A stretch of DNA of 64,000 bases from positions 105,028,001 to 105,092,000 of the forward strand of contig OX597819.1 in assembly GCA_951406725.2 (NCBI GenBank), given 5' to 3'. Made by a program: the position numbers and the translations under genes. The DNA comes from Octopus vulgaris. Its lineage: Eukaryota. Shown piece after piece: positions 1 to 12,104 of this stretch; the stretch's first letter is position 1; every line of letters starts with the position of its first letter. The notes below the pieces were generated by a model. It saw nothing but the letters and a program-made list of their open reading frames with translations. It was not told where the DNA came from and searched no databases.

Positions 1-304
1 TTATGATGCAAGAGTGACAGAGCTATGTCAGTATTACAATTGCTGTAAGCCATGCAAAAAATTGTTAGACCTTATATCAAAGAAACAAATGATTTGCATT
101 TGCTTTACACTTAAAAATTAATTGTCAAATCTAGGTGGATTACAGCATGTAAAATAAATTATCTTGTCTCAGAAACTAAAATGTCTACAATGGATTGAAC
201 TAACAACCCGTGAGTGAGTAGTTCAATAATTGTCTACACAACCATTTCATTTCTAATTTTGTAAATAGTTAGCTTAATATTTGTTTTGATTTTACAGATG
301 ATGT

Positions 305-690
305 AATCCTTAATCATACAACATAATTCCCATTATATATATCTGGATCTGGAGGAAGGCACAGTACTATTTGCCCTCGCAGATCATCGTCCTAGACAAG
401 TGAGATGCCATTAAGATGGCATGCTCTTGAACTTTTGCAAGTCAACATCTGTAGAAAAAACATGAGCAGGAAGAGAATTCCAGATGGCCAGCATTCTGGG
501 AAGAAAAAACTGAGCATAGTAATTAATGTGGAACCTTGGAGGGTTGGACACAACAAGGATGAGGAGAGAAGAGACAAACCTGGAATTATTTTCCTCAAGT
601 AATGGATACTCTTCCAACAATCATAAACTCTATATTCAAGGATGTCTGATACTTTATTAAAACTCAATACGAAAGCTAATTTCAAAGTTA
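305..690 (-). mobile_element. CR1/L2-group LINE 3' end fragment
   Basis: ORF2 C-terminal motif FFLPRMLAIWNSLPAHVF...DLQKFKS. Confidence 0.7.
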
Positions 691-1687
691 TTTTACACTA
701 ATTGCACTAATTTTCAGAAACTCTTTGTGATATATGTGTAAGGGAATAGTGCTATAAGTTCAAACCATACTCACTTGACATTTGAGTCATTAGCAATAAG
801 AAGTGTACAAGCAACAACATTCTCATTATTGTACATTTGTTTTTCCAAGCTCATATAGGTAGGATAGTTCCTTTCCAATACAATCCTACCATTTGTTGCA
901 TTCCTTTATCTCCTTTGTGAAGCTCAGCACTTGTGTCTGTATACCCCTTGATTTCCTCATCTACAATTTTCTTCTAGATGCATCTTTAGGTACCACATTA
1001 CCCAACCATTATCATCCATACAGATTTCCTATTCATACAATAGTCATCTCTCTTACACATTATATCTAATTCTGTTTATACCCAGTTTTTCTCTCAGCTC
1101 ATCTGTACCTCATCATCTATGCACATTAACATTACATATCTAGTAAATTTTGCTTGATTTATTTCTCTCTAACATTCACACATCCTGGGAAGATGGTAAT
1201 TTAAAATACACATACTATAGAAAAAAAATTTAATAACCAAATAAAAACTCCCCTAACAATTTTTTTTTTTTTGGTACTTAAAGGAAAAAGAACAGTGATC
1301 ATAACACTTTTGCAAGAGATCTGAGACCAGGAGAAAGAGGAGGGGGGAAAAAAGACAAACAACATTCATAGGTGAACTTCAGCCTTAGTCTAAATGCCTG
1401 CAAGAGATTGGACTCCAATAAAGATACCCAAAAGTAAGGCGGTGACAAACTGAGAAACGATTTGCCTCTCAAGAATCAGTATAATCCAGTTAAACTTCCA
1501 ATACAATTTCTAGTTACTCAATATCAGTAAGAAAGCCTAGGTCAGCACAATATGGAAGAAGAAAAAATCACCTTCCCCAAAGTGCTGTCCTGTAGGAGTG
1601 AAACTAGAACCACCAATGTTACATTATGTCCAAATAATAATCTTTTTTATCATTCTGAAGCTAAAACAATGAAAAGAAAACTCTTAC

Positions 1688-1766
1688 CTTCCTCCAGGAA
1701 TTACCACATTTGTTTGTTCTGTGTCCTGTATTGTGGGGCTTATACTACCACTTCGACCACCACCCT
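1688..1766 (-). CDS. DYNC1I: Dynein IC coding exon 3 (Ser/Thr-rich linker); gene continues beyond window
   Basis: ttttcttttag acceptor; (E)GGGRSGSISPTIQDTEQTNVVIPGG(R); AG|gtaaga donor; 79 nt, phase 1 to 2, in frame with exon 2 and positioned like the Ser-rich linker before the light-chain-binding motifs. Confidence 0.7.
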
Positions 1767-4700
1767 CTAAAAGAAAATTAATATAGAAAATACACCAGAT
1801 ATTAGGCACAGTTTTTGAAAAGGTTGATCAATAATAAAAATAATAGCAATCCTTTCTACTATAAGCATATTTTGGGGCAGGGGGCTAATCAATAACATCA
1901 ATTCCAGTGCTCAACTAGTACTTACTTTACTGAGCCCGAAAGGTGAAAAGCAAAGTTGACCTCAATGGAATTTGAACTCAGAAGAAATGCTGTGAAGAAT
2001 TTTGCCCAGCATGCTCATAATAATGATAATAATGTGTAATTTAGGTACAAGGATAGCAATTTTTTTTTTTTGGGGGGGGGGGTGATTACATCAATCCAAG
2101 TGCTCAACTGGTGCTTATTTATTGACCTCAAAAGGATGAAAGGCAAAACCAACCACAATGGAATTTGAACTCTGAATGGAAAGGATGAAAAGCTGCAAAG
2201 CACTTTACCTGGCATGCTAATGATTCTGTCAGCTTGCCACCTTAATAATAATCCCTTCTACTATAGGCACAAGGCCTGAAATTTTGGGTTAAGAGAGTAC
2301 CTATTTCATCAACCCCCAAAAGGAAGAAAGGCAAAGTCAACCTCAGTGGAATTTGAACTCAGAATATAAGGCTAGAAAAAAAAAGAATTTAAAATATCAC
2401 TTAAACCATAGAAACGGAATTACTACCAAAAACATCTTAAAAGCGCTACACAATACATAAAATAGTTTTAGAGAAAAATTTACAATTGAATATTACTTTA
2501 GACCAATTAAATTGAACTAAATTGTTAAACAATACAAAATTGAAAAAATTTTATGCATTTATCAAATAGAATTAAAATTTTCCATGTTTGTATAGTTCTG
2601 AAAAACAAGATGAAAAACATTTCTTTCTTCAGAAGATTACATACAAATCAGAAACAATTTTGATAAAGAACACATTGTCTTCTTTCCAATTTTAGCAGTG
2701 CATTTGCCATGCAATAAATGTATTTTTGAATAACAATAATCATGCTTTAGATATTTCCCTTGATTACGGATGGAACCACCTCTGATCAAAGCTGCAATAA
2801 ATATTTTGGAAGTTATGTGCAACTAATGTTAATAATAAACAAGCGAGAATATAGTGGGAGAAGGGGGGGAATACATTTTGCTAAGAAAAAGAAAATAGAA
2901 TGTCAAAAGGGAAGAACATTAAAAGACATATTTTAATAGATTTTCAGCAATTTTTAATTATATATCAAACATCTTTTAAATTGGTTATTAATTGCTTCTT
3001 ACTCCTGCTTATCTATACTAGATGACAATGAATTTAAGGTAAAATTATTTATTTCTTGGTCAGAGAGAACTGATTCTGTGAATAACCAAATACTCTACTA
3101 CTGACCCAAACATTTACTAAATCTTTCAAAAAGGGCACAGTTGGTTTGATATGTTCTTTCATAGCCATAGACTGATCAATACTTTATGAGTAAAACTGGT
3201 AATCAGAAACTATAAGCCAATCATATGAAGAGAGAGAGAGACTTCTCTTTGTCATAACATTTCTGCTCTGATTAAAAACAAAAATCACCATCCATATGAA
3301 TGGTTGTCATTTGTTTACAATCTTCCATGAAATCATGCCTGGCTACTGAGTTAGTTGTTACTCAAAGGACTGGTGGGGAAATATAACCTTACTTAGAAAC
3401 AAGTGAAAGTTGGTGACAACCATAGAAAAATTTATCTCGACAACTTTCATGTGATCTATGCAAGCATGGAAAAGTGGACATTAAAACAATAAAAAGCAAC
3501 TTCAAATAAGTTCTCTAAAACAAATTTATACTACATATAGGTTCAAGAAGCAAATATGAAACAAGAATGGAATTATCCTCTAATGATAAATAAATAGTGC
3601 TTAAGCTTTTAATAAGGATTGGCATCTTTTCAAAGTTCCTAAATTTCAAACAGGTTACATCTCAAATCTGCAGCTTCTAAGAACTGAAAATTCACGATTC
3701 AATGTATTGAGATAAGATACAGTACATTGTTTAAAAACAATGTGAATATGTGAAAATGCTGAAGTGGACATTTAAATGTATTTAGCCTGTTGGTTCAATG
3801 ATTACGTAAGCCCCTGGCAAAATATTTTGAAGCTTTATTTTCATTTATCTATGGAGAAAGTCACCATCAACAATAACTTGATTAACAGTTGGTGGTGATG
3901 ACAACCTGAGGTTGAAACAATCATTGCATCAACTTTCAAATAAATATGAAACTCCACCCTCAATATTGTATTGAGTACTTCATATGAAAGCTGTCCACTT
4001 TTAAGAAGCCAATTCCAACAAAGATAATACATATATGTCATCATTTTATATCTGATTTTACATGCTTGCATATGTGATAAATGGCTTATAATCAATCAAA
4101 AGTTGATATATGTTATTTTTCAGACATTTTAACCATAAAATAAAATATCAATTAAAAAAAAAAAAAGAAAGTCAATCATATTTATAAATATAGATATAAA
4201 TTTTTTTTTTTTCAATTGAAACAAAAAAAGTTTGTGAAATGAAAAATATTTTATTTTTCAATTTAATATTCAACTTACCACTTGTAGCAAATTATAACTT
4301 TTAACAAAGAAAAAGTTGGATTTCTCCAGCATTTAAAAAGAAAATTCTTGATTTTAATAAGCAAAAGATAAAAAGCATTTCTCTTTTCTTAAAATGTGAA
4401 TTTCTGAAGCAGCAAAATAGCCAATAAGATTTATTCAACCTTATTAAAATAGCAATGGGCTTCATTTGTTTAAGTATCATCAACTTAAAGTCTCTTATAA
4501 GTTTATTTACAGGTTATGATCTTAAGACTACTGGTAGTAATTACAAGTCACGGGCAATTAACTATAAAAAAATTCATAAACCTTATATTACTAATTTAAC
4601 AGGAATTTTAAAAAATAAGATAATATACAAATAATATAATACTTAACATATACAGAAGTTATTTAACTGATTTATAACCCAACTGTTTAGACTCACACAT

Positions 4701-5321
4701 CTCAATAAAAATGTAAATCAAAATAATTCAGTAAAGTGTTTGTCTTAAATTCAACCAGTCATTTTTTTTTCTTCCAAAATGTAGAAAATATTTGAAAACT
4801 AATCATTATCTTCAAAGGATTTCTAAAATAAAATTCCCAAACCAGGAATATGTAAACACAATGGAAATCTTCTCACAGGAATGGCTCCAAGATGAAGAAA
4901 GCATTTGGTTAGACAGAAAAACATCTTTAAAATGTTCCAAAAAGAATTATATTTAATAACATATTAATTATTTTGACCGTTGAAGGCCAATTTTTTGGAA
5001 GCAAGGGTTTATCAATTGAATATAACATTTATTGATCCTGAAATACAAAGTCATCTCATCAAAATTTGAACTCAGATCAATAAGTTACCAATCTGGTTAA
5101 ATTAACAGCTAACAAGAGAGCTTCTACACATTGCTCAACCTGTTAGAAATAGCTACAAAATCTCCCTCAAGTGGCATCTTACTATCTTAAATAAGGAAAC
5201 ATTGGATAATGCATTCCCAGATATAGCCCTAGTTCTCATTGCTAGCCATTCAACTATGGAGAAGTGTGGAAGGAAGACCAGTCAAAAGTTTTGGATGAAC
5301 AAGATCTCAACACTAGCATGT

Positions 5322-5620
5322 CTAACTCTTGTTGTTTTAACCAAATAACATCCGTGTCATACATAAGTGCAGCTTACTTTTACAAACAGCAGGAGCACAG
5401 TATAATTAAACCCCAGTACTGTGTTTGATGCAAGTTTAACTCTTGCTTGTTTAATCAAATACAGAAGAACAGCTTACTGCTGTAAACAATAGGGGCACTA
5501 TAATTAAACAGCAGCACTGTGTTAACTTTTGCTGGTTTAATCAAGTAATATAAATGACATGAACAAGAACATTTTACAGTTGTAAGCAGAGGGAGCACTG
5601 TATAATTAAAGGTGCTGTCT
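5322..5620. repeat. Degenerate minisatellite, three units of about 100 bp
   Basis: Recurring taactcttg...tttaa.caa and gcac(ag)tataattaaa blocks. Confidence 0.75.
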
Positions 5621-7559
5621 ATTTTACAGAGCTGAATTCTAAGTTCTCTAAAACAAAAAAGAACCTGGAAAGTTCAATGGGGAATATTCAACATCAACCT
5701 ATCCAACCCACTTTATCAGCTTTGCCATTGGATGTAGTCCCTCATTTTGATTACAGGATATGCATGTAAGTTGGTGTGCAACAGTCCATTGCATACTGAA
5801 TTCTCACACAGGAGATTCCATAATTACAGCAAAATAGAAGTGGAAATCCTATTTTGAAAAAATGAAGCAAGCAGAATTATGTACCAGGGAGCACATAACA
5901 GTGTGGTAATATGGTCAATAGCCTAACGTATCCATTTGAGGGCCACTTGTAACCATCTTGTTAGATACTCAAGTTCACTATAGACTAACAATTGTAGCAA
6001 GAAGAGGGTAGGATTCTGTTAAGAAATTCTAAGTCAGATTTCTAAATCAGAAACTATGAAGGATGTTGTATGCTTTAACCTTTGGAGTGCTGGAAAGAAG
6101 CGACTGTGGTTGCTGTACAGTTTATTACATTACACTAAAGTATGTGAGCTGTGTCATCAATGAAATAAATTCTCGTTCCCAAGTGTGGTTCATATTTTTT
6201 TATCAATCAGATTTAAGTATTCATTGCTGCCAAATGAATTTTAAACAGAATGTGGACTGGTAATATAGGAAATGGTGATATATGGGACATACCACGTATT
6301 TGCAAATGCAACTTTAGTGAATTTTAAATGGAAGATGACAGTGTTATATGGCAAGTACCAAATTTTAATTTCCTCCTTTCTTTTTCTGACATATTGATAG
6401 TATCAACATGGTAGATTCCAATCTGAGAGAGAAAAAGAAAAAGTTACACTATGGTCATAATCTAACTATTAACTACAATAACTCAGAGACTACCAGCTTC
6501 TTGAAAGTGGTTGGGTCCTTCATGAAGGGGCTGGAAGAATCTGGTAGGGATGTATCATCCAAGGTCAAGTGAAGGAAAAATTTTCACCAGTCAAACAACA
6601 TTAGGACAACTAAGTTTATCTAAGAGTTCTAGGACATCATCAACAACTACAATAGGTTGATCAAAGGCCATTAATGAGTAGATGAGTAGATAAGGCCATC
6701 AGGGAGAAGTGTTTTGGGATGAAGGGATACATCACATCCAGCAAGACCCAGGAAAATTGCATCATCTAATCTATTGAACCTTTCATGAGAGGTACAGCAT
6801 GAAATTCTTGAACAAGAGACTAAGTCTACTAGTCTGAAAAAAATTACTTCAGGATTTGCGAAAATGGAATTATCAAATAGTTGACTAACATTGACTGTCA
6901 TTAGGAGATTCTAGGCTATACAATAGTCCACAACATTAGTCTTTTATTGTATTACATTTAGCAAGGGAATAAGGTAATATGTACATATCACAGGTTGTAA
7001 CAGTTATATGGAGTGTTAAAGTATGTTATAAAGACTCACCAACATATCAGTTGTTAAAAGACCAGGTTTTCAGTAAAAACCTTCCTTCAGAACACTATTC
7101 TAATAAGTGGAAATTCTCATTACACACACACATTACTATTAACCCAAATATTTACCAAATCTATAGTACCAACCAACACCAGGGAATGAGAGCAATAGCT
7201 AAATAAAGGATTTTATAATTAGGGAAATCTAACAAGTTTAAAAGGAATGAAGTCATAGTTTTTAAAATAATATTAACAAAATACCACATAAGGGAGAATA
7301 ATAAAAACACATCTAGCATTGTTTTCTGCACAATAACTTCAGAAATATTAAATTACCATAGCAATTATCTGCCAGACAAACAGTGGTAAGAAACCATTGG
7401 AAACCATGTACCCTTTGTGTGTGTGTGAGTATAAATATAAAGTGTCCCAAAAGTTGTACTAAACTTTTATATATATATATATATATATAGATAGATATGT
7501 ATTTATGTATTTATATATATATATATATATGTATATATGTAGATATATGTATGTATATA

Positions 7560-7835
7560 GCTTAGAAAGGTTTTGGCCAGTATTGGCCCAGGCCATGTCT
7601 AACTTAATAGCACCACCTGGCGAAGTCTTTCAATTCAGGATTTGGGCACCGAGGCCCATTCAAGCAGAGAGTTATTGTTTGCGGAGACATATCCAGGTGT
7701 GGGTGGTTTGTCCTGGACTGTTTGAAGGAATTTATCCAAAGACTTCTTGAATTTTGTGTGGTCAGTTTCTGTTTTGACGTGTCCTGGTGTAATGTTGAAG
7801 AGAGCGGGTCCAATTGAGGTGAAATAATTGTGCCG
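7560..7835 (-). mobile_element. CR1/L2-group LINE 3' end fragment
   Basis: YFTSIGPALFNITP...KFKKSLDKFLQTVQDKP.TPGY...NSL is a typical ORF2 C-terminus; it runs into a (TA)n tract. Confidence 0.75.
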
Positions 7836-8350
7836 TATGTGTATGCATGGAGTTGTGTCTGTGGAGCAAATGTGCATTACTGTGTGTGTGTATGTGCGTA
7901 TGTCCATGTGTGTGTAATTGTGTGCGTGCATGTATGAGTGTGTGTTGTGTGCGGGGGGTATGTTTGGTTATCATTTGTGTGCGTGTGTGCATGCATGTAT
8001 ATGTGTGTGTGTGCGTGTGAGTTTATGTGTGTGTATGTGTATTTTGTGTATGTACATGTGTGTGACCGAAGGGTTGTGCGTGGAGGTATATGTGCTTTTT
8101 TTGCACATGTATGCATGTGTGTATGTAGTTGTGTGTGCATGTACGAGTGCATGTGTATGTGTGCGTGTATGTGGGTACATGTGCGTGGAGTTGTGAGTGT
8201 TAGGTATGTGTGCATACATGTGTATATGCATGTGTATACTTGTATGTATATACTGTGTGCATGTGTGTGTAGCTGCATATGCCTGTGTGTGTGTAATTGT
8301 GTGCATTTATGGGAGGTATGTATGCACACATGTGCGAGTGTGTGTATCCT
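7836..8350. repeat. Degenerate TG/TA/TGCA microsatellite array
   Basis: About 500 bp of alternating purine-pyrimidine sequence; it explains the HTHT/CVCV ORFs. Confidence 0.95.
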
Positions 8351-8351
8351 C

Positions 8352-9113
8352 GATGCATGAACAGGCGGGCAAGGTACTGGGACTAGGTTTCAAAATCCTG
8401 GTCTCGGCTGCACAAGCATCAGAGGAACTAGGAGTAGGGGATGGCCCGTTTGGTGTAGAAGGGATGGGAGGAGGAGATGTTGAGGTAGAGGTGAGAATCT
8501 GTGGGTTTGAAGGCAGAGGTGGTGAGAGAGTGGGAGGGGAGGTCAATGGTAAGAGAGATATCAAGGAAGTTAACTGAGGTGTTAGAGATGGAAGAAGTAA
8601 ATTGGAGAGAAGGGTGGAAGTTAAAGATGAAGTGACAGAGTTGTTCACAGGAGAGGGAGGTAGCACCTATACAGTCATCTATGTAGCAACCGTATAGCTC
8701 TGGGGTCAGCCCGAAGAATTGGGAGGAGAATACTTGGGCCTCAATGTAACCAACAAATAAGTTTGCGAAATTGGGGCCCATTCTCAATCCCATTGCGACC
8801 CCAGACAACTGTTGGTAGGTTTCTCCAGTGAACATAAAGCAGTTGAGGGTGAGGACAAGCTCTGCCAGACAAAGAAGGGTGGAGGTGCTGGGTGTGGGGT
8901 CAGGGTGACGGTTGAGGAAGTATTGGAGGGCCAAGAGACCATCGTTGTGGGGAATCACTGTGTATAGGGGTTTGATATCAAAGGTAAGAGGAGGTGTGAG
9001 GGGCCGGGAGGGAAGGAAAAGGTATTGAAGAGGCGAAGGGCATGATTAGTGTCGTGTATGTGGGATGGGAGGGCAGCAACTAAAGGGGACAGGATTCAGT
9101 CAAGGTATTTGGA
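8352..9113 (-). mobile_element. Penelope-like element reverse transcriptase fragment
   Basis: LYT.IPH..GL, YQQLSGVAMG..MGPNFANLFVG, YIDD, HPSLQFT, VNFLDI, KPTD...YL...SSHP...K.AIPYS are diagnostic PLE RT motifs. Decayed at both ends. Confidence 0.9.
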
Positions 9114-9130
9114 AATATATATATATATAT

Positions 9131-9540
9131 CATCATCATCGTTTAACGTCCGTTTTGCATACTAGCATGGGTTGGATGGTTCGACTGGGGTCTGGGAAGT
9201 CAGGAGGCTACACCAGGCTCCAGTCTGATCTGGCAGTGTTTCTACAGCTGGATGCCCTTCCTAACGCCAACCACTCTGTGAGTGTAGTGGGTGCTTTTTA
9301 CATGCCACCAGCACAGGTGCCAGGGGAGGCTGGCAACAGCCACAATCGGTTGGTGTTTTTTACATGCCACTGGCACAGAAGCCAGTCAGTGCAGCGCTAG
9401 CATCAGCCATGATCAGATGGTGTTTTTTACGTGCCACTGGCACAGCTATCACAACTACAATTTCCATTTGATTTTTATTTTGATGTTGATGTACTTGACT
9501 CAATAGGTCTCCTCAAGCACAGCAGGTCACCCTGCAGTCC
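9131..9540 (-). mobile_element. RTE LINE 3' UTR copy with (GAT)n tail
   Basis: catcatcatcgtttaacgtccg...ctacagctggatgcccttcctaacgccaacc. Same sequence as the 3' end of the RTE at 24350-26250; further copies near 11592, 26420, 30870, 31350, 43125 and 62710. Confidence 0.85.
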
Positions 9541-12016
9541 AAAGCAAGTACAGCAGAGAGAGAGCTAAACATGTCTGTAAATGTGTGAGGTCTGTGCATA
9601 AATACTCAGTTTCATTTATCACTGACATGAGTACAAGACATTTTTGCACAGCCATTTGGCATCACCTATTTAATGTTGCTGACTCAATGCTGACTTACTT
9701 GGCATCAGACATTTTAATACTTCTCTTATTCTCTTCTCACATGCCCCCACTTTCTCTCCCTTTTCTCACTCTATTTGTATGAGCTTATTTCTGTGTGCAC
9801 ATGCATGTGTGTGTGTATTTGATTCCAATGCCAAAACAGGTTGAATGTCCAGTCAACCATGCCAAGTCATCAGCATCCAAACAGCTGTGTCTAAATGCTA
9901 CATTTTGAAGTTCTGATGATATGTTTACATTCCTTGTTGGCATTATGAACTGTTGCTCTGCACCTTCAAATAATTATGGAATAAAAAATCCCTTAATTGA
10001 AAAAAAAACCAGTGAGGGTTGGTGACAAGAAGAGCATCTGCTGTAAAATCCTACCCCTAAGTCCCCATCTCAACCCATGCTAGATTGGAAAAACAGACAT
10101 CAAACAAGTGATTGTCATTTAACATCCCTTTTCCCTACTGTCATGGATTGGGTGGTTTTGAGAGGATCTGGTGAACCACAAGGCTCTGTCAAGTTTCCTG
10201 TTTTCTTTATTAAACATAATTTTTGAGCCATATATATATTTATATATATAACACAAACATACACATGATTCTTTAGGCACAAAGCCTTTTCTGTATCCCA
10301 GTGGAATATCATGGAAGGAGGAAAAGTAAAGCCAAGCTCTGGTAGTATTTCAACTCAGAACAATGAAGGATTTACCACAAAGCATCTAAAGCAGTTTTCT
10401 ACCACCTGAATCGACTACATTCCCCATTTTCTAGCAAAGGTCTCCCAATGTTATGTATTACATCAGAAGAAAGTGCTAGAAGGTAAAAAATATATAACAA
10501 ACTTTGACTTCATTCTCAGTAATAAAGAAAAAAAATTTAAATGGTTAAGCATTGTGGAGCCAAGAAAAGTTGTATCTGGTGAGACCAACAGCATGCTAAA
10601 GGAGAAGTTCTGTAGAATTAAATTAGTTACCAAGTCTGTTCCAAACTTCATGAGAGTGGATAGAAATGAAAATATAATAAAAAAAATAATAAAAATAGGA
10701 CAAATCTGTAATAAATATAAGCAAAGTTAAGAATAAAATTGAAATATTTTTGATAATTATATTATCAGTGAACATACAGAAGAGAAAATTAAAAATAGAT
10801 TTAAAATAAAGACCAAGACACCACATTCTAATGTAAAAAACAAAATCTTGAGACATCACAAGTAGCTTATTTTTGCAACACTGAATTTAATAAATAACTA
10901 TCCCTCACATCATTTAATATTCAATATTTTCTAGGGATTTTTTGTGTTTTGTTTTTTTTAAAGGAAATTGGAAAATGTGTAAGATATTAATTCTTGTCTA
11001 TACCTAGATGCATCTAAAAATGAACTTATGTAAGTAATCTTAACCCATTTGATACCAACCTCTTGAAACTGCTCCTGATACAAGCTCCTCATTTTAAAGT
11101 TATCTAAATTAAACCTTCCATTATAATTTCGTGTTAGTTTATGTTCCAAATACTCAAAAATAATTAAATAAATTCATTATTTTACAAAACTAACTAAAAA
11201 AAGGCAGCATATTTCAACAGAAATATGGTTATGAAAGGCTTAATCGCCAGCTTGTCTTTTCCCTTCTGACAATACATTCAGCTGCTATGTTCAGTAAAAT
11301 AAAAATACCTCCTGCATATATTTATATCATTATTCTCTTATAGCTGTCAGCTTTCTCTGCACAGCCTTAAATGCTTGGATAGGTTTATTATGAGAATTCT
11401 TGATTCAATATATGTATAACATCTGTTGGTGCTATTTTATATATACCGTATATATAAATTAAACAATCTTATAAGAGGTGAAAAAAATCAAGAATAGAAG
11501 AGCATTTAAATGGAAATTGTGTTTGCCTTAGAGACATTGCACCACAATGGATAATACAGCAAACAAATATCCAATCAAATAGTGATCATTAAGGGCATCC
11601 AGCTGTAGAAACTCTGCCAGATCAGACTGGGCCTGGCGCAACCTCCTGGCTTCCCAGACCCCAGTTAAACCGTCCAACCCATGCTAGCATGGAAAACGGA
11701 CGTTAAACGATGATGATGATGATATATATATATATATATACACACATATACTTTCCTTTCCTAAATACATAATATGTATGCCATTTTTGCATACTGTCAT
11801 AAGACCAAGAGCAAGTTACTCTATTATTCTTAGCATCATGTGAATAAGACATCTCCCTACTCAATACATCAAAATTCTTCTATAGATTTTCAAAGACTTC
11901 AAAAATTTTAATTTTTATAAGATTCTAATCTAATGAAAAATCATTTTTCTTGTTGGTTTATAATTAATTAAAAATGTTTCCTTCAGAAATCCCAAAATCT
12001 TGCTACCGATACTAAC

Positions 12017-12104
12017 CATTTGGTGGTATACCCAAGTCTTGAAGTAAAGCATCAGTTTCAGCTCTCAGGTCTTGTGGGGGTTTTCCTGGTTTCACTTCTT
12101 CATT
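12017..12104 (-). CDS. DYNC1I: Dynein IC coding exon 2
   Basis: ttttag acceptor; NEEVKPGKPPQDLRAETDALLQDLGIPPN (cf. REAEALLQSMGL helix of dynein IC); gttagt donor; 88 nt, phase 0 to 1. Confidence 0.85.

Noticed and set aside
2645-2791. 147-nt open candidate dynein exon ending at a gtatgt donor
   Set aside because: Joining it to exon 3 creates TAG at the junction, and the peptide is unlike dynein IC.
5640-6920. Coding-like composition, possibly old LINE sequence
   Set aside because: No motif I could assign with confidence.
7762-8360. Several overlapping 90-150 aa His/Thr- or Cys/Val-rich ORFs
   Set aside because: They are translations of a TG/TA microsatellite that lacks stop codons.
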